Sequence record: MT799840.1
Strand: one strand, 5' to 3'
Length of the DNA stretch: 64,000 bases
This document shows, piece after piece, positions 46,667 to 57,078 of the stretch. A program made the position numbers and the translations under genes. Each line of letters begins with the position of its first letter. The first letter of the stretch is position 1. Under the pieces are notes generated by a model. It saw only the letters and a list, made by a program, of their open reading frames with translations. It searched no databases and was not told the DNA's origin.

Positions 46667-48396
46667 GCATGGAAATGACAGGTAACGCCACCCACCCCAA
46701 ATGGCGTTTGGGGGAGATCGGTGAAGTCCTGCGTTCACGTATGGCCGAGCGTATTGATTCTGTCAACCAGCTCAATCTGTACATGCAACGCAACGAAGCC
46801 GACTTAATCTACGGCTCTCGACTGATTCTGCAAATTGACGCGATTCTTGATGAGGTGCGACGCGCTGGCCTGTCGAAAGATGTCGCTGTCGCTGTTGAAT
46901 CTTCTCGCCCAGGCACAATTCCCGAAGCTGTCCGCAAAATCCTGACTTCGAACTATACCCGCACGCACCAGAAAGAGACTATTGTTGCGCTCGAATCCTG
47001 GGCAAATGCAGGTAAAGTGGGATTGGTTGTGCTGATCATGACCGCGATTATCAAAATCATCGGTTGGATTATCAGCAACGGTAACGGGTTTGCTGGTAAT
47101 GGCGAATTCGATGGCGAAGGTTACGCTGAGAAAGTCGGCGAAAAAGCAGAGAGTTTCTCCCAGACCGAAAATACTATCATCGGTCAGCTGAAAATCAGCG
47201 CAGTGAAAGATGCATACATCGAAGCCTCTAAGGGTCTGAAAGGTCGTGACCTGGAAAACCTGAACTTGGCTATCGCGATGGCCGACGAAGTGTTTACGAA
47301 CATGAACGCGGAAGAGTATCTGAACGACTTGAGCAGCGCGTTGGGTCGTTCGCCATTCACTGAGTTGTTCAAAGGTTACACTAAGAAACGTCAGTCAAGC
47401 CAGCAGGTTATTCATGACCTGTTAGATACCCTGTTACAACACAACGTAACTTACGGTATCTATCCGATTGAGGTGGGCAAAAAAGCCTGGCAGGCGTTAC
47501 CGAAGTCTGCTCGCGAAGCCGGTGTACGTATCCCGAACCTGTTGAACTTCCATCAGATGTCGAATGTTGCCAGCGAACTTATCGGCTACTTTGGCTCCCT
47601 CCAAAGTGCCTTTAAAGCAATGATTGACCCAAGCGTTGCCGAAGGTTTTAAGAATCAGCAAGGTTCAACCACCACCCATAACGGTAAGCAGGTTAACAAA
47701 GCAGCACACGACACCGCGCTTATTTTCGGTCAGGCGTTAGCGCAGCTGAACACCACGATGAACTTCATCATCAGTGACGTTTCCCGCAAAGGATTCGAAT
47801 ACGCTACCGCACCTTTGGTCGTTATCCCAGAAAACAAAGTTCGTGGTTTAGTGGGTCATGACGATGGTGTAGATTTCTTACCTGGTAAAGTGTTGGTTAA
47901 TGCACAAGCATCTGCGTTCTTGGGACGCGAGTGCTTAGAGCAAATGCGCCAAGCGGGCACGTTATCAGTTGGTGACGAACGTGAGTTGCTGGCTGTAGTG
48001 GTAACGTTAGGTAAACAAGGCTTTACCAACGACACCGCTGCGACTAACCTGAATCGTTACAGTGCGCTGGATAAGGCGGTTAACAACACGATTAAAGTGT
48101 TGGAGCAGTTCCAGAAAGCAACCAAGGATAACGTTGAATACGTTAACCTGATTAGCGAAGTCATCATGAATGAGCTTAATCAGCCTTCTGGCCTGCGTAC
48201 CGATGGTCGTGAACTCTCGATGGTGTTATTCTCCCCAGACGGTGACGAAGACCTCTTCGTCGGCTTGCGTCGTAACCTGTCGTTGGTGCGTCGTTGTTGC
48301 AGTGCTGCCGCTACATTGCAGACGATACTGAACCTGGCCAAACGTAACCCGTTGGTGAAAGGCAATAACCGCAAAAACATGCTTGACGGCGAATAA
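46663..48396 (+). CDS. Probable head (ejection/inner) protein with a hydrophobic segment
   Basis: AVE-S and ALE-S sites followed by VGLVVLIMTAIIKIIGWII. Confidence 0.75.
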   Translation: MSMEMTGNATHPKWRLGEIGEVLRSRMAERIDSVNQLNLYMQRNEADLIYGSRLILQIDAILDEVRRAGLSKDVAVAVESSRPGTIPEAVRKILTSNYTRTHQKETIVALESWANAGKVGLVVLIMTAIIKIIGWIISNGNGFAGNGEFDGEGYAEKVGEKAESFSQTENTIIGQLKISAVKDAYIEASKGLKGRDLENLNLAIAMADEVFTNMNAEEYLNDLSSALGRSPFTELFKGYTKKRQSSQQVIHDLLDTLLQHNVTYGIYPIEVGKKAWQALPKSAREAGVRIPNLLNFHQMSNVASELIGYFGSLQSAFKAMIDPSVAEGFKNQQGSTTTHNGKQVNKAAHDTALIFGQALAQLNTTMNFIISDVSRKGFEYATAPLVVIPENKVRGLVGHDDGVDFLPGKVLVNAQASAFLGRECLEQMRQAGTLSVGDERELLAVVVTLGKQGFTNDTAATNLNRYSALDKAVNNTIKVLEQFQKATKDNVEYVNLISEVIMNELNQPSGLRTDGRELSMVLFSPDGDEDLFVGLRRNLSLVRRCCSAAATLQTILNLAKRNPLVKGNNRKNMLDGE

Positions 48397-48405
48397 AATA
48401 AAAGG

Positions 48406-48440
48406 CTACCCTCTCCTTCGGGAGAGGGTAGTGCTTTTTT
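48406..48440. terminator. Bidirectional terminator
   Basis: CTACCCTCTCC-TTCG-GGAGAGGGTAG flanked by A and T tracts. Confidence 0.85.
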
Positions 48441-51399
48441 ATTCTTTTTCGGTATCGTGACGGTTGTACGACAGTACGATGTCATCTTTCAAACCGATGT
48501 CGCCATTGGCTTCGATATCGAGCTTCTTACCAATCGTGGCACGCGCCGCTTCGGTAATGACAGTGAACAATCGCAGGTCTTTATCTGGCCCCATGTCGTC
48601 GAGTTCAACACCGATAATGGCATCGTTAAGCGTAGTGCGTAACGCATTACCAATCTCGGTTGCTGAAACGGTCAGATGTGTTGACAGATAATCGTTAATG
48701 ACTTGCGAAGTCCGTTTCCGGATTTGTGCCAGAAGCTCGCTGTTTGCGCGGTTCGCTGCCGTGAGGTAATATTTGACAGTGAACTGGTTTTCAGCAGGCA
48801 GTGGTGACACAACCCCGTCTTCGGTACGTACGTCGATATAACCCATCGTGGTGATAGGAACAAAGAAGCCTTCAGTTTGCTCCAACAGCAGTGGTTTCAA
48901 ATTAGGCAGTACCACCGTAACGTAGTTGATGATATTGTCAATTACGCTATTAAGGTACGTCTTAACCGCTTTCGAGGTTGCGAACTTATAACGGGCATCA
49001 AAGACAGCCATTTCACTACGGAACTTAATACTGCGCGGTTTCGCAATAATAGGCTGACCGTTCCCGTCGAAGATTTGCTCCCCAACGTGGTGTGCGATTT
49101 CTTGCTCACCGGTGACCGGGTCTATTTTCGGATCGCCTTTACGATGCAGGTACGTGATTTGCAACGGTGGAACAGCATTAGGGTCGTACGTATACTCAGG
49201 CGTTACACCGTCGTCTTTGGTTTTAATAACATCCTTTTCCCAATACGCCAGAACGTCCTTCTGGTAGTATTCGTAGTTGATGCTGTCCGTTACTGCACGT
49301 GCTTTTCGCCAGTAATAGGACATGGCTTTACCCAGCTCGATTTTGAAAATCTCATGAGTAATCCCAATACCATCGCGCGCAGGCGGTACAATCATTGTAT
49401 CCATTTCAGCACGTTCGTAATTACCGGGGTAGTAACCCGTACAGCCGTAGAACACGTTATACTCGGTTAACAACGGTACCGGAGTATCCACGTCCACTTC
49501 GGTGGTGATTCTCGTGTTGTTGATAATCAATTCATCATTGCGGTCAACGTCGAGGTTGGTTTTCAACAAGAATTCCCATACACGCTCCGAACCTTGACGA
49601 CCCACTAAGGTGCCGTTGATGTACGCCAACTTACCGTCTGCGTTGCGTGGCGAGAAGGAAATCTGTGCAAAGACTTGGTCATCACTTAACGCCTGGTATG
49701 GCGGTTCTGACTTAGTCACAGTGCGCAGGATATAACCTTCGCTCGTTTTCTCAATCTGATAATCTGCAGTGACAACACTCAGCTCCGTTGACACGTTGGT
49801 GCTAACGAAACGTTTTGAGTTCAACTGCGGTTTATCGAGTTGGTAAATACGAACATCGCAAGATTTGTTGTTAATGTCCACCACGTAATGGAACGGCGTG
49901 AACAGGTAACGGTTGGTGTTACCCGCGTTAACCAAATCTTCTTTACGCATGGTCTTCGCAAGGATGGTCATCTCCGCATCGATTTGCAGACTGGTATCCG
50001 TGAAGCGATACAGCGTATCCGGCTCAATCGTCAAACGGTTGCCGTTAATACGGACCGTCGGCAGTTTCACCAGTTCATCCCAGCTAAAGTACAGCGGGGC
50101 GGTGATGGTCCCGATAGGGGAACTCACTTTAGATAACGTGGACTCCGGCATCGGCGCAGTCAGGAAGTAAGTACGCCCAGTTACGTAATCGTTCGGCTTG
50201 GACAAGGTCAGGCCGTAATCCGATACTGTGGCTTCTAACTGTTTCTCTGTTACTGGCAGTTTGCGAATCCCCACTGCATTGTTTACCACACGGTCACGCA
50301 ACTCATCAAATGAAAGTTGTGTACGCCCCCCGGTGGCGTAACTGCCTTCTTCCGCAACCAACATTTTGATGGAGAATGATTTCAACGGGTTGATGTATCC
50401 CGCATCGTATTCACCGTTCAAGTCGCGCAATGAGAAGGTGTACTCGTCCGCCGGGAATGCAGAAACGTCGAGGTCGAGTGGCCCGATGGTCGTATATACG
50501 TCCATGCGGATTTCACCACTTACCAGGTTCTTCGCCATGTAGATAGACGGTATCGTACAACGAATGGACTGGTTAACGACTTGAATCAGCGCCGTAGGCG
50601 TGTTTGGATCGTAAACGTCACGACTGTGCGTGTGGTGGATTTCTGTCCAGGTGTTTGAATTGGACGGTTTATTCCACACCCGTGCGTAGAAGAACTTGTT
50701 GGTGAACGTGCGCGTCATCACAAACGTGTTCTGCCCCAACAACGTATCGTTCTCGTCCTTTACACTGTACTGCATCACCGGAATACGGATAGCCAGTATC
50801 TGCGACGGTGTGCTAGGAACACTTGTCAGTTCCCAGTCCAACGCGTTAGTGGTTACGGGCGATATCGGTGACTGGGTTTCGGTAATCCACAAGACCTGGA
50901 AGGCTGGATTATCAACAGTACCATACGGCAGCACTCGAATTTCGATGGGATACTGAATGGCAAAGTTGTAACCCGAAACAGTAAAGACGGTATCCCGCGG
51001 AATCACTACTTTACGAATACCTGCCACGTTTAACGGCATCGCCTTCGCTAATAGAGAGTCGACATCTAGAAGCAGCAGTAAGGTCGCTTGTGATGGCTGG
51101 GCAAAAACATCGACATAATCCACGTCAGACATGTGGCGGAACAGATCATCGTGAGTTTGTGCCATAGAGGGGAACATTTTCGGAATGGTGTCCCGATCGC
51201 CCTGGATAATCGTGTGGCCCATCGTAATTCCGACCTCGGTCATGTAGACCACCGGGTCGGTCGGGTCACGTAGCAGGATTTGCCCGTCGGCGTCCTGCAC
51301 GTCTTGGAGCTGGTTCAGCATTAATGACTGCATTGCTGATGGGTTATGTGCCATCAGTAGCAAGTCTTTCGATAATGCGTCGTACGTTTTCGTAGTCAT
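48439..51399 (-). CDS. Baseplate wedge protein (T4 gp6/baseplate J-like; phiKZ gp87-like)
   Basis: 986 aa. ATGGRTQLSFDELRDRV matches the baseplate-J GG.D.E..E.LR.R signature. Confidence 0.7.
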   Translation of the reverse strand: MTTKTYDALSKDLLLMAHNPSAMQSLMLNQLQDVQDADGQILLRDPTDPVVYMTEVGITMGHTIIQGDRDTIPKMFPSMAQTHDDLFRHMSDVDYVDVFAQPSQATLLLLLDVDSLLAKAMPLNVAGIRKVVIPRDTVFTVSGYNFAIQYPIEIRVLPYGTVDNPAFQVLWITETQSPISPVTTNALDWELTSVPSTPSQILAIRIPVMQYSVKDENDTLLGQNTFVMTRTFTNKFFYARVWNKPSNSNTWTEIHHTHSRDVYDPNTPTALIQVVNQSIRCTIPSIYMAKNLVSGEIRMDVYTTIGPLDLDVSAFPADEYTFSLRDLNGEYDAGYINPLKSFSIKMLVAEEGSYATGGRTQLSFDELRDRVVNNAVGIRKLPVTEKQLEATVSDYGLTLSKPNDYVTGRTYFLTAPMPESTLSKVSSPIGTITAPLYFSWDELVKLPTVRINGNRLTIEPDTLYRFTDTSLQIDAEMTILAKTMRKEDLVNAGNTNRYLFTPFHYVVDINNKSCDVRIYQLDKPQLNSKRFVSTNVSTELSVVTADYQIEKTSEGYILRTVTKSEPPYQALSDDQVFAQISFSPRNADGKLAYINGTLVGRQGSERVWEFLLKTNLDVDRNDELIINNTRITTEVDVDTPVPLLTEYNVFYGCTGYYPGNYERAEMDTMIVPPARDGIGITHEIFKIELGKAMSYYWRKARAVTDSINYEYYQKDVLAYWEKDVIKTKDDGVTPEYTYDPNAVPPLQITYLHRKGDPKIDPVTGEQEIAHHVGEQIFDGNGQPIIAKPRSIKFRSEMAVFDARYKFATSKAVKTYLNSVIDNIINYVTVVLPNLKPLLLEQTEGFFVPITTMGYIDVRTEDGVVSPLPAENQFTVKYYLTAANRANSELLAQIRKRTSQVINDYLSTHLTVSATEIGNALRTTLNDAIIGVELDDMGPDKDLRLFTVITEAARATIGKKLDIEANGDIGLKDDIVLSYNRHDTEKE

Positions 51400-52661
51400 T
51401 ACAGTAAGCCCGCTCGTTTAAGGATGAATTGGTAATCTGCCTGATAAACATACCAGGTCAGTTTACGACGCAGGGAGTCGATGTGCGGATAGCCGTAGTA
51501 GTTGAACAGCGGTAGTAGCTGTGGTGCAATCGGCACAAGCTGGTCTTCAGCAATCGGGATAAAGTTACCCGCTGCAACACTCCCTGGTTGCGGCATCATA
51601 TCCGGGTTAAACATAGACACCGTCAAGTTGAACATCTCCATGTACAATGGGTCATCGAAGCGCGCCCCGATGCATTGCCAGTTGAGGTTAATTGTGGTGT
51701 CGTCATTTAATTGAGGCTTGGTGTTATCGACATTCGCCATTTGACCGGCGTTATCGTTCATCGGCCAACAAACACACGCTGTCCAGAAACGAGTGATGTT
51801 TCCGAGCGCGTCGTATTTAAACCCGTACATCCTCGACTGGTAGTCAATGCGACGCTGGATGGAATTACGCATCTTCGGTTTGAACTTACCCATCTTAATG
51901 CCGGACATATATTCCAGCCACACGCCCATCATTCGCATGATAGGGTTGCCGTATGGGTTGTTCAGCGACATTGACATGCTGTACTGGTTATTGATTTCAT
52001 GTGTGGAGTCAACCATACCCCACTGTTCGCGCATTAAACCTTCTTCAGACATCCAGTTATCGACAGACTGGTCAGGCATCCCCGAGAGGCTCAGCATCTG
52101 CGTACTCAGCAATGGTATGAATGCCTGAAGATTGTCAAACATAATGTCCTTCATGAATGGCGTGCCCAAACGGTTCTTTCTTCGCCCGTCTTCCATCGGT
52201 GAATCAGAGAACCCCAATTCAAAATCTGGGTCTAACGCTGCCAGAATGGAATAGTCGAGTGACGATTTCGGCTGAGAAGCCATGTTCGACATCTTGCGCG
52301 AGTTGGCAATGTTGTCAAAGCACAAGTTGAAGTCAGGGCGGGTAATGAAGGTTAGGCCACCGTACTCACGGTTAACAGGCGTCGGGTTCGACGCCATCAT
52401 ATGGTTGAACCCCATGTAGGGGTTGGTCACACGCTGCGCAGCCAGACCCAAACCTAACGTAAGACGGATACGGTCATTCCAACCCGATAACTCATCATTA
52501 ACGTTGTACGCCGTGGTGGGTTTCGCATCGGACAGTCGACGGTCAAAGTAGTCGGCGACCGATGGTACTGCATCGATATTATTCGGGTTTTGATACGAAT
52601 TGTCGTAGTCGGTATTCGGGTCATACCCCGGATCGTTCTTATCGGTCTCGTTACTCATCAT
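51399..52661 (-). CDS. Tail-tube-fold baseplate hub protein (phiKZ gp88-like)
   Basis: 420 aa. WLEYMSGI..P and RFWTACVCWP blocks resemble T4 gp19/gp48/gp54-type proteins. Coupled to the wedge gene. Confidence 0.55.
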   Translation of the reverse strand: MMSNETDKNDPGYDPNTDYDNSYQNPNNIDAVPSVADYFDRRLSDAKPTTAYNVNDELSGWNDRIRLTLGLGLAAQRVTNPYMGFNHMMASNPTPVNREYGGLTFITRPDFNLCFDNIANSRKMSNMASQPKSSLDYSILAALDPDFELGFSDSPMEDGRRKNRLGTPFMKDIMFDNLQAFIPLLSTQMLSLSGMPDQSVDNWMSEEGLMREQWGMVDSTHEINNQYSMSMSLNNPYGNPIMRMMGVWLEYMSGIKMGKFKPKMRNSIQRRIDYQSRMYGFKYDALGNITRFWTACVCWPMNDNAGQMANVDNTKPQLNDDTTINLNWQCIGARFDDPLYMEMFNLTVSMFNPDMMPQPGSVAAGNFIPIAEDQLVPIAPQLLPLFNYYGYPHIDSLRRKLTWYVYQADYQFILKRAGLL

Positions 52662-52683
52662 TAACTCCGGAGTTTAGTTAAAA

Positions 52684-53802
52684 ATGGCAGAAAAAACATT
52701 TGAGACATCGCTCGTCTCCTTTCTTTCTAAGTTTCCCATGCTGCTTCGCCAGCGGGCGGAATCGACGGAAGAATTCAACTCTGTGCTGTACAACGAGCAC
52801 ACCACGCTGGTTGAACAAAGTCTGTTGGGCTTAGATTACCTGCCAGGTATTCTGGAGAAAATCCAAATCCTGCTCGCGGGCAACCAACTTACCGCCATCT
52901 CAATTCTGGTAGGTGTTCCTGAGGTTGATATCCTTGGTACGCTTGACCAGGTTAGCACCCGTCGTAATGCCCTCGATGCGGCTGCACGTTCGGGTTCTCG
53001 CTTAGCGTCTTTCGCAATCGGCGAGTCCTCCCGTCACACGCTGCCGTCATACGATAAAATCGGGCTTGCGGTCGGTGAATCCCGTCGCCAGAAATCCGAT
53101 AACAAAGTAGCGACTGAATCATCCGCAGGTTCTGTGCTGCCGAACAACACGCTGAAGCTCCTGCACGATCAGGAAGGTCTGTCCAACGGTAAAGTGTTCT
53201 CTGTTACCTTCGAACGCGACGGTAATAAAGTCGAGCTGCCGATGCGTCTGCGTCTTGATGTGAAGTCTCTGCCAACCGATGAAATGAAGACGCTGATTGC
53301 GTTCAGCGATCAAACCAAAACCTTCTGGGAACGTGTGCTGCGGGCGAAGGTCGGTTCTCTCAGCTACGCGAAAGATATCGCGCTGTGTAATGACCTCATT
53401 GAAGAATACCGTAAGAACCGCTTCCGTGATAAGTCCGGTTATTACCGTAAGATGATGGAAAAGAAAAACGCCAACTGGCTGTCTGGCCTGCTGACGCTGA
53501 GCCCATCCATCAACAACGCGTCTTCGGTTATGGTGGTTTCTCAAGAAACTATCGACGATCTGACTGCTCAGCTGGGCGGTGACTTCGATGATTATAATAT
53601 CCGCCAGCGTGTGTTCAAAGACACCCTGACTGTTTACTACGTGGTTGTCGACCAGACCTGGAACCGTGTAACCATTTATACGCGTGGTCAGACCGGGTCT
53701 CAAGAACTCGACAAATCAGACTTTAGCAAGGCGAAGTCCGGTAGCGGCGATGTAAACAAAATCATCGATGCCTATCGCGCTGGCGCGAATCCGGTACTGT
53801 AA
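52684..53802 (+). CDS. Probable head/inner-body protein
   Basis: 372 aa with IGE-S, VGE-S and ATE-S processing-type sites. Confidence 0.7.
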   Translation: MAEKTFETSLVSFLSKFPMLLRQRAESTEEFNSVLYNEHTTLVEQSLLGLDYLPGILEKIQILLAGNQLTAISILVGVPEVDILGTLDQVSTRRNALDAAARSGSRLASFAIGESSRHTLPSYDKIGLAVGESRRQKSDNKVATESSAGSVLPNNTLKLLHDQEGLSNGKVFSVTFERDGNKVELPMRLRLDVKSLPTDEMKTLIAFSDQTKTFWERVLRAKVGSLSYAKDIALCNDLIEEYRKNRFRDKSGYYRKMMEKKNANWLSGLLTLSPSINNASSVMVVSQETIDDLTAQLGGDFDDYNIRQRVFKDTLTVYYVVVDQTWNRVTIYTRGQTGSQELDKSDFSKAKSGSGDVNKIIDAYRAGANPVL

Positions 53803-53812
53803 GGGGAAAAGA

Positions 53813-54745
53813 ATGCCGATTCCGAATATGTTGGCGATGTTGCTGCCGAGCTTCGAAGCCACCAACTTAAAAAACCAACTGTCATCTAACTGCGACTCGA
53901 TTGCTGCATTAGAGCCACAGTTCCAGAACCTCCAGGAACTGGTGGGAAGTGTCCAGGGTAAGCCATTTAAAGCGAAGCCTGTTGCTGACCTTTCTACTGA
54001 AATCGTTAAGTACCTGCATAGCTCCGGTTTGGAAGTTAAAGGGTTACGTAACGCAAGTATGCTGGAGTACGTCATCGCGTCTATGCAGAACGTACAGGCG
54101 CTGCGACCTTTCCTGGAGCAGTGTATCGACCGCGACATCGGGAAGACGTTGGTGACATCATCTCTAACGTTCAACAAACAAACCGTGTTGCAGTTGCTGG
54201 ATATGATCGAATTCTTCGTCGGTTACGCTAGCACCCTGATTAACTACATCACGGCCGAAGAGATTGCCGCTGTACAAGACTCGAACATTGCAGTGAAGGG
54301 AATCGGTCCGAAAGACCTTCAGTATCTGCAAACCCGTAAGACGTCTTTCTGTATTGCGGTGCGCGTCCTGGCAACCCCCATTACCAAACTGAAAGCAGAC
54401 TACGCTGAGATACCTGAAGCGGTGTTTGACGAAGAGACATATAGCCAATTGGTTCAGCAGTTCGGTTCGAACACCACTGACCCGCTGGGTATGTCCTCCG
54501 TCCCGTTCCCGCTGTCGATCGTCTACCGCGTGCGTCTGAATATTGCAGAATGGCAAATGGATCGTTATGACGAGTGCGTGGAAGCCGCGAAAGCGACTGA
54601 GCTGCGTATTCTGTTGTACAAGAAACAACAGGCTGCCGGTGAAGGGGACGTGCACATTGAGAAACTCATCGAAGCACACGAAAAGCGCTTGATGGAACTC
54701 AAGTACAAACGTGAACGTCTGGAGAAAAAATACGGTCTGGTCTAA
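53813..54745 (+). CDS. Probable head/inner-body protein
   Basis: Start at MPIPNML (AAGGGG RBS). Confidence 0.7.
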   Translation: MPIPNMLAMLLPSFEATNLKNQLSSNCDSIAALEPQFQNLQELVGSVQGKPFKAKPVADLSTEIVKYLHSSGLEVKGLRNASMLEYVIASMQNVQALRPFLEQCIDRDIGKTLVTSSLTFNKQTVLQLLDMIEFFVGYASTLINYITAEEIAAVQDSNIAVKGIGPKDLQYLQTRKTSFCIAVRVLATPITKLKADYAEIPEAVFDEETYSQLVQQFGSNTTDPLGMSSVPFPLSIVYRVRLNIAEWQMDRYDECVEAAKATELRILLYKKQQAAGEGDVHIEKLIEAHEKRLMELKYKRERLEKKYGLV

Positions 54746-54768
54746 GACCGTATTATCAGGAGAGTCTC

Positions 54769-55326
54769 ATGTTTGACAATGACCAGAATTTTAACCTCGC
54801 CGAGAAGTTGATTAAAAACTACATGGCGAAACTGACCCAAAACCCCGTGCTGGTTCATGACGACGAACTGATACATGAAACCCTGGAAGCTGCAGCCGTC
54901 GTGCTGCCGTATTTCCGCATGATGGGCGCTGACTCTGTCCAACAAGTATTATATGACGAATATCCGCAGGTCGGTTTTACGTTTAATACGTTCTATAACG
55001 AAACTGCATCGTTCATACTTGACGGTAAACGCCGTACAGTGTCAACAGGACAGTGGTCCGTTCTTCTGGTATCGTACATGAACGATATCCACTCTACTAA
55101 GCAAGTAGAGCGAACCGGTTCCCTGGGCTCGAGACTTCTTGCTGCGGCTTACGGTCGTAGTGGGCAGGTTCGCCGTATGGGAGCTGCGCATCAGACATAC
55201 ACGCCTGACCGGCGTCTATTATCTTATGCAGACCACGAACTGCTGGCACGTTGGTTGACACGTCCGAACGGGTTATCCGATATGATCTCGTCGTTAGCAG
55301 TGTTTTTAAAAATCGCACGTCCCTAA
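54769..55326 (+). CDS. Probable virion protein
   Basis: 185 aa, AGGAG RBS. Confidence 0.7.
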   Translation: MFDNDQNFNLAEKLIKNYMAKLTQNPVLVHDDELIHETLEAAAVVLPYFRMMGADSVQQVLYDEYPQVGFTFNTFYNETASFILDGKRRTVSTGQWSVLLVSYMNDIHSTKQVERTGSLGSRLLAAAYGRSGQVRRMGAAHQTYTPDRRLLSYADHELLARWLTRPNGLSDMISSLAVFLKIARP

Positions 55327-55382
55327 GGGGGCCCCTTATCTAGGGGCGTGTAATTGGGTTATAACCAAAGGAACCGAAACAA

Positions 55383-56660
55383 ATGGCAAACTTTGTAAAA
55401 AGTAAACTCGCCCGCGAGTCCGTTGAAGCTACCGGCGATGTAATCGACGGTCTGAGCAACGTTGAACCGGCAGAAGAGAACATCGACGTTCAGCTGGCAG
55501 AAGTTGCGTCTATCGACGGTCAGCTGGAACAGCTCGATGGTGACCAGGAAACCCTGGCTGCTGATACCGAGCGTACCGAAGCTGCTATCGACGCTGCTGA
55601 CGAAAAAATCGAAAACGGTGAAGAGATGCCTGAAGAAGCCATCGCTCACACCGAAGTGGCGCAGGAATCTATCCGTAAACGTTGGGCTATCGATCGTACC
55701 AAACTGGCACGCGAATCTTATCGCCGTGGCCGTGGCATGACCAAAGCAGCTCAGGAAGGCTGGAAAGAAACCCTGAAAGATCTGTTCAAGCGCTTCGTTG
55801 AACTGTGTAAAGCAGTTATCGCGAAAGCGAAAGAGCTGAAGCTGAAATACATCAACGTTGGTAAGTCTGCACAGAAACGTGCGAAAGCTTACCAAGAGAT
55901 GCTGCGTAAGCTCGGTAAGCAGAAGAAAGAAAACATCTCTGGCGGCTTTATTAGCAAACTGTCTATCGAAGGCGACTTCGATGTGGCCAACTCCATCGCT
56001 ATCGCGAAAGAGCTGACCGGCGGTAAAGCGAAAGACGCTATCAACAAGCTGTCCTCTCAGGCGGCTGACTCTGCCGTAGCGATCACCAAAACTGCAGAAG
56101 GTACTGCAACGGCTGCTAAAGGCGCTGTTGATGTTGCCCTGTTCGGTACCGCTGCTAAGAAACTGCGCACCCTGCCGCAGTTCGAAGATGGCGAAGGCGG
56201 TCAGAAAGTTCTGGCACTGCCAGGCAACGCCTATGTGCAGATCGGTAGCAAAACTCTGGCCGGCGGCCAGGAGTACACTGCGGTGGCGTTCCTGTCAACT
56301 GGCGACTCTACCGACACGAAAGAGATTGCTACCCCGGCAATTACCGCACTGGCGTCTGCAGCAACCGCTCTTGATGCGATCGGTAAAGGTTTCGAGAAAG
56401 TGCTGCAGGACTTCCGCTCCTATGACGCCGAAGTTGAGAAACTGGAGCAGGCTGCTAGCAAAGCTGCTGCTGCCCTGGATAAATCCAACGACGAAGGCGA
56501 GTGGGAAGCACTGCGTAATGCACGTACTGCAGCCGACCAGGCTGTGCGTAACTACCAGACTCTGAACCGTGCCGTGGCGCATGTTGGTAACACTGTTATC
56601 AGCGGCCTGAACGGTTACATCGGTGCTGGTATCGGCGCGTACGAAAAGTCTAAAGCTTAA
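55383..56660 (+). CDS. Abundant head protein, paralog 1 (SPN3US gp53/phiKZ gp93-like)
   Basis: Acidic propeptide with ARE/AQE sites; extreme codon bias. Confidence 0.8.
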   Translation: MANFVKSKLARESVEATGDVIDGLSNVEPAEENIDVQLAEVASIDGQLEQLDGDQETLAADTERTEAAIDAADEKIENGEEMPEEAIAHTEVAQESIRKRWAIDRTKLARESYRRGRGMTKAAQEGWKETLKDLFKRFVELCKAVIAKAKELKLKYINVGKSAQKRAKAYQEMLRKLGKQKKENISGGFISKLSIEGDFDVANSIAIAKELTGGKAKDAINKLSSQAADSAVAITKTAEGTATAAKGAVDVALFGTAAKKLRTLPQFEDGEGGQKVLALPGNAYVQIGSKTLAGGQEYTAVAFLSTGDSTDTKEIATPAITALASAATALDAIGKGFEKVLQDFRSYDAEVEKLEQAASKAAAALDKSNDEGEWEALRNARTAADQAVRNYQTLNRAVAHVGNTVISGLNGYIGAGIGAYEKSKA

Positions 56661-57078
56661 TCCGCTTTACGTACCAAACGTCGGTTGACAAATCATTAAT
56701 GGCGGTACACGGCGTACCGCCTAGAGGATAGAAAAAGATGGCTAACTTTGTAAAAAGTAAACTCGCGCGTGAATCTGTCGAAGGTACAGGTACTGTCGTT
56801 CCGGACGGTATCGAGCTGCCGGCTGAGTCCGTAGAAGGTACTCTGGCTGACATCGAGCACGACACCAAACCGATCGACCAGCTGGATGCTGAAGCAGATG
56901 TGCTGGCAGAAGACGGCGACGAAACCGACGCGCAGCTGGAAGCAGTCGATGCTGCTGAAGCTGCCGCTGACGGTGAAGGCGAAGATGGCGAAGAGCCAAT
57001 GGAAGTGGAAGAAGATATGCCTGACGATGCTGCTGAGCAGCTGGACGTTGCGCAGGAATCTATCCGTAAACGTTGGGC
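55659..57078 (+). repeat. Identical nucleotide patches shared by two paralogs
   Basis: 29-nt GCGCAGGAATCTATCCGTAAACGTTGGGC at 55659-55687 and 57050-57078. 23-nt AACTTTGTAAAAAGTAAACTCGC at 55389 and 56744. Confidence 0.9.
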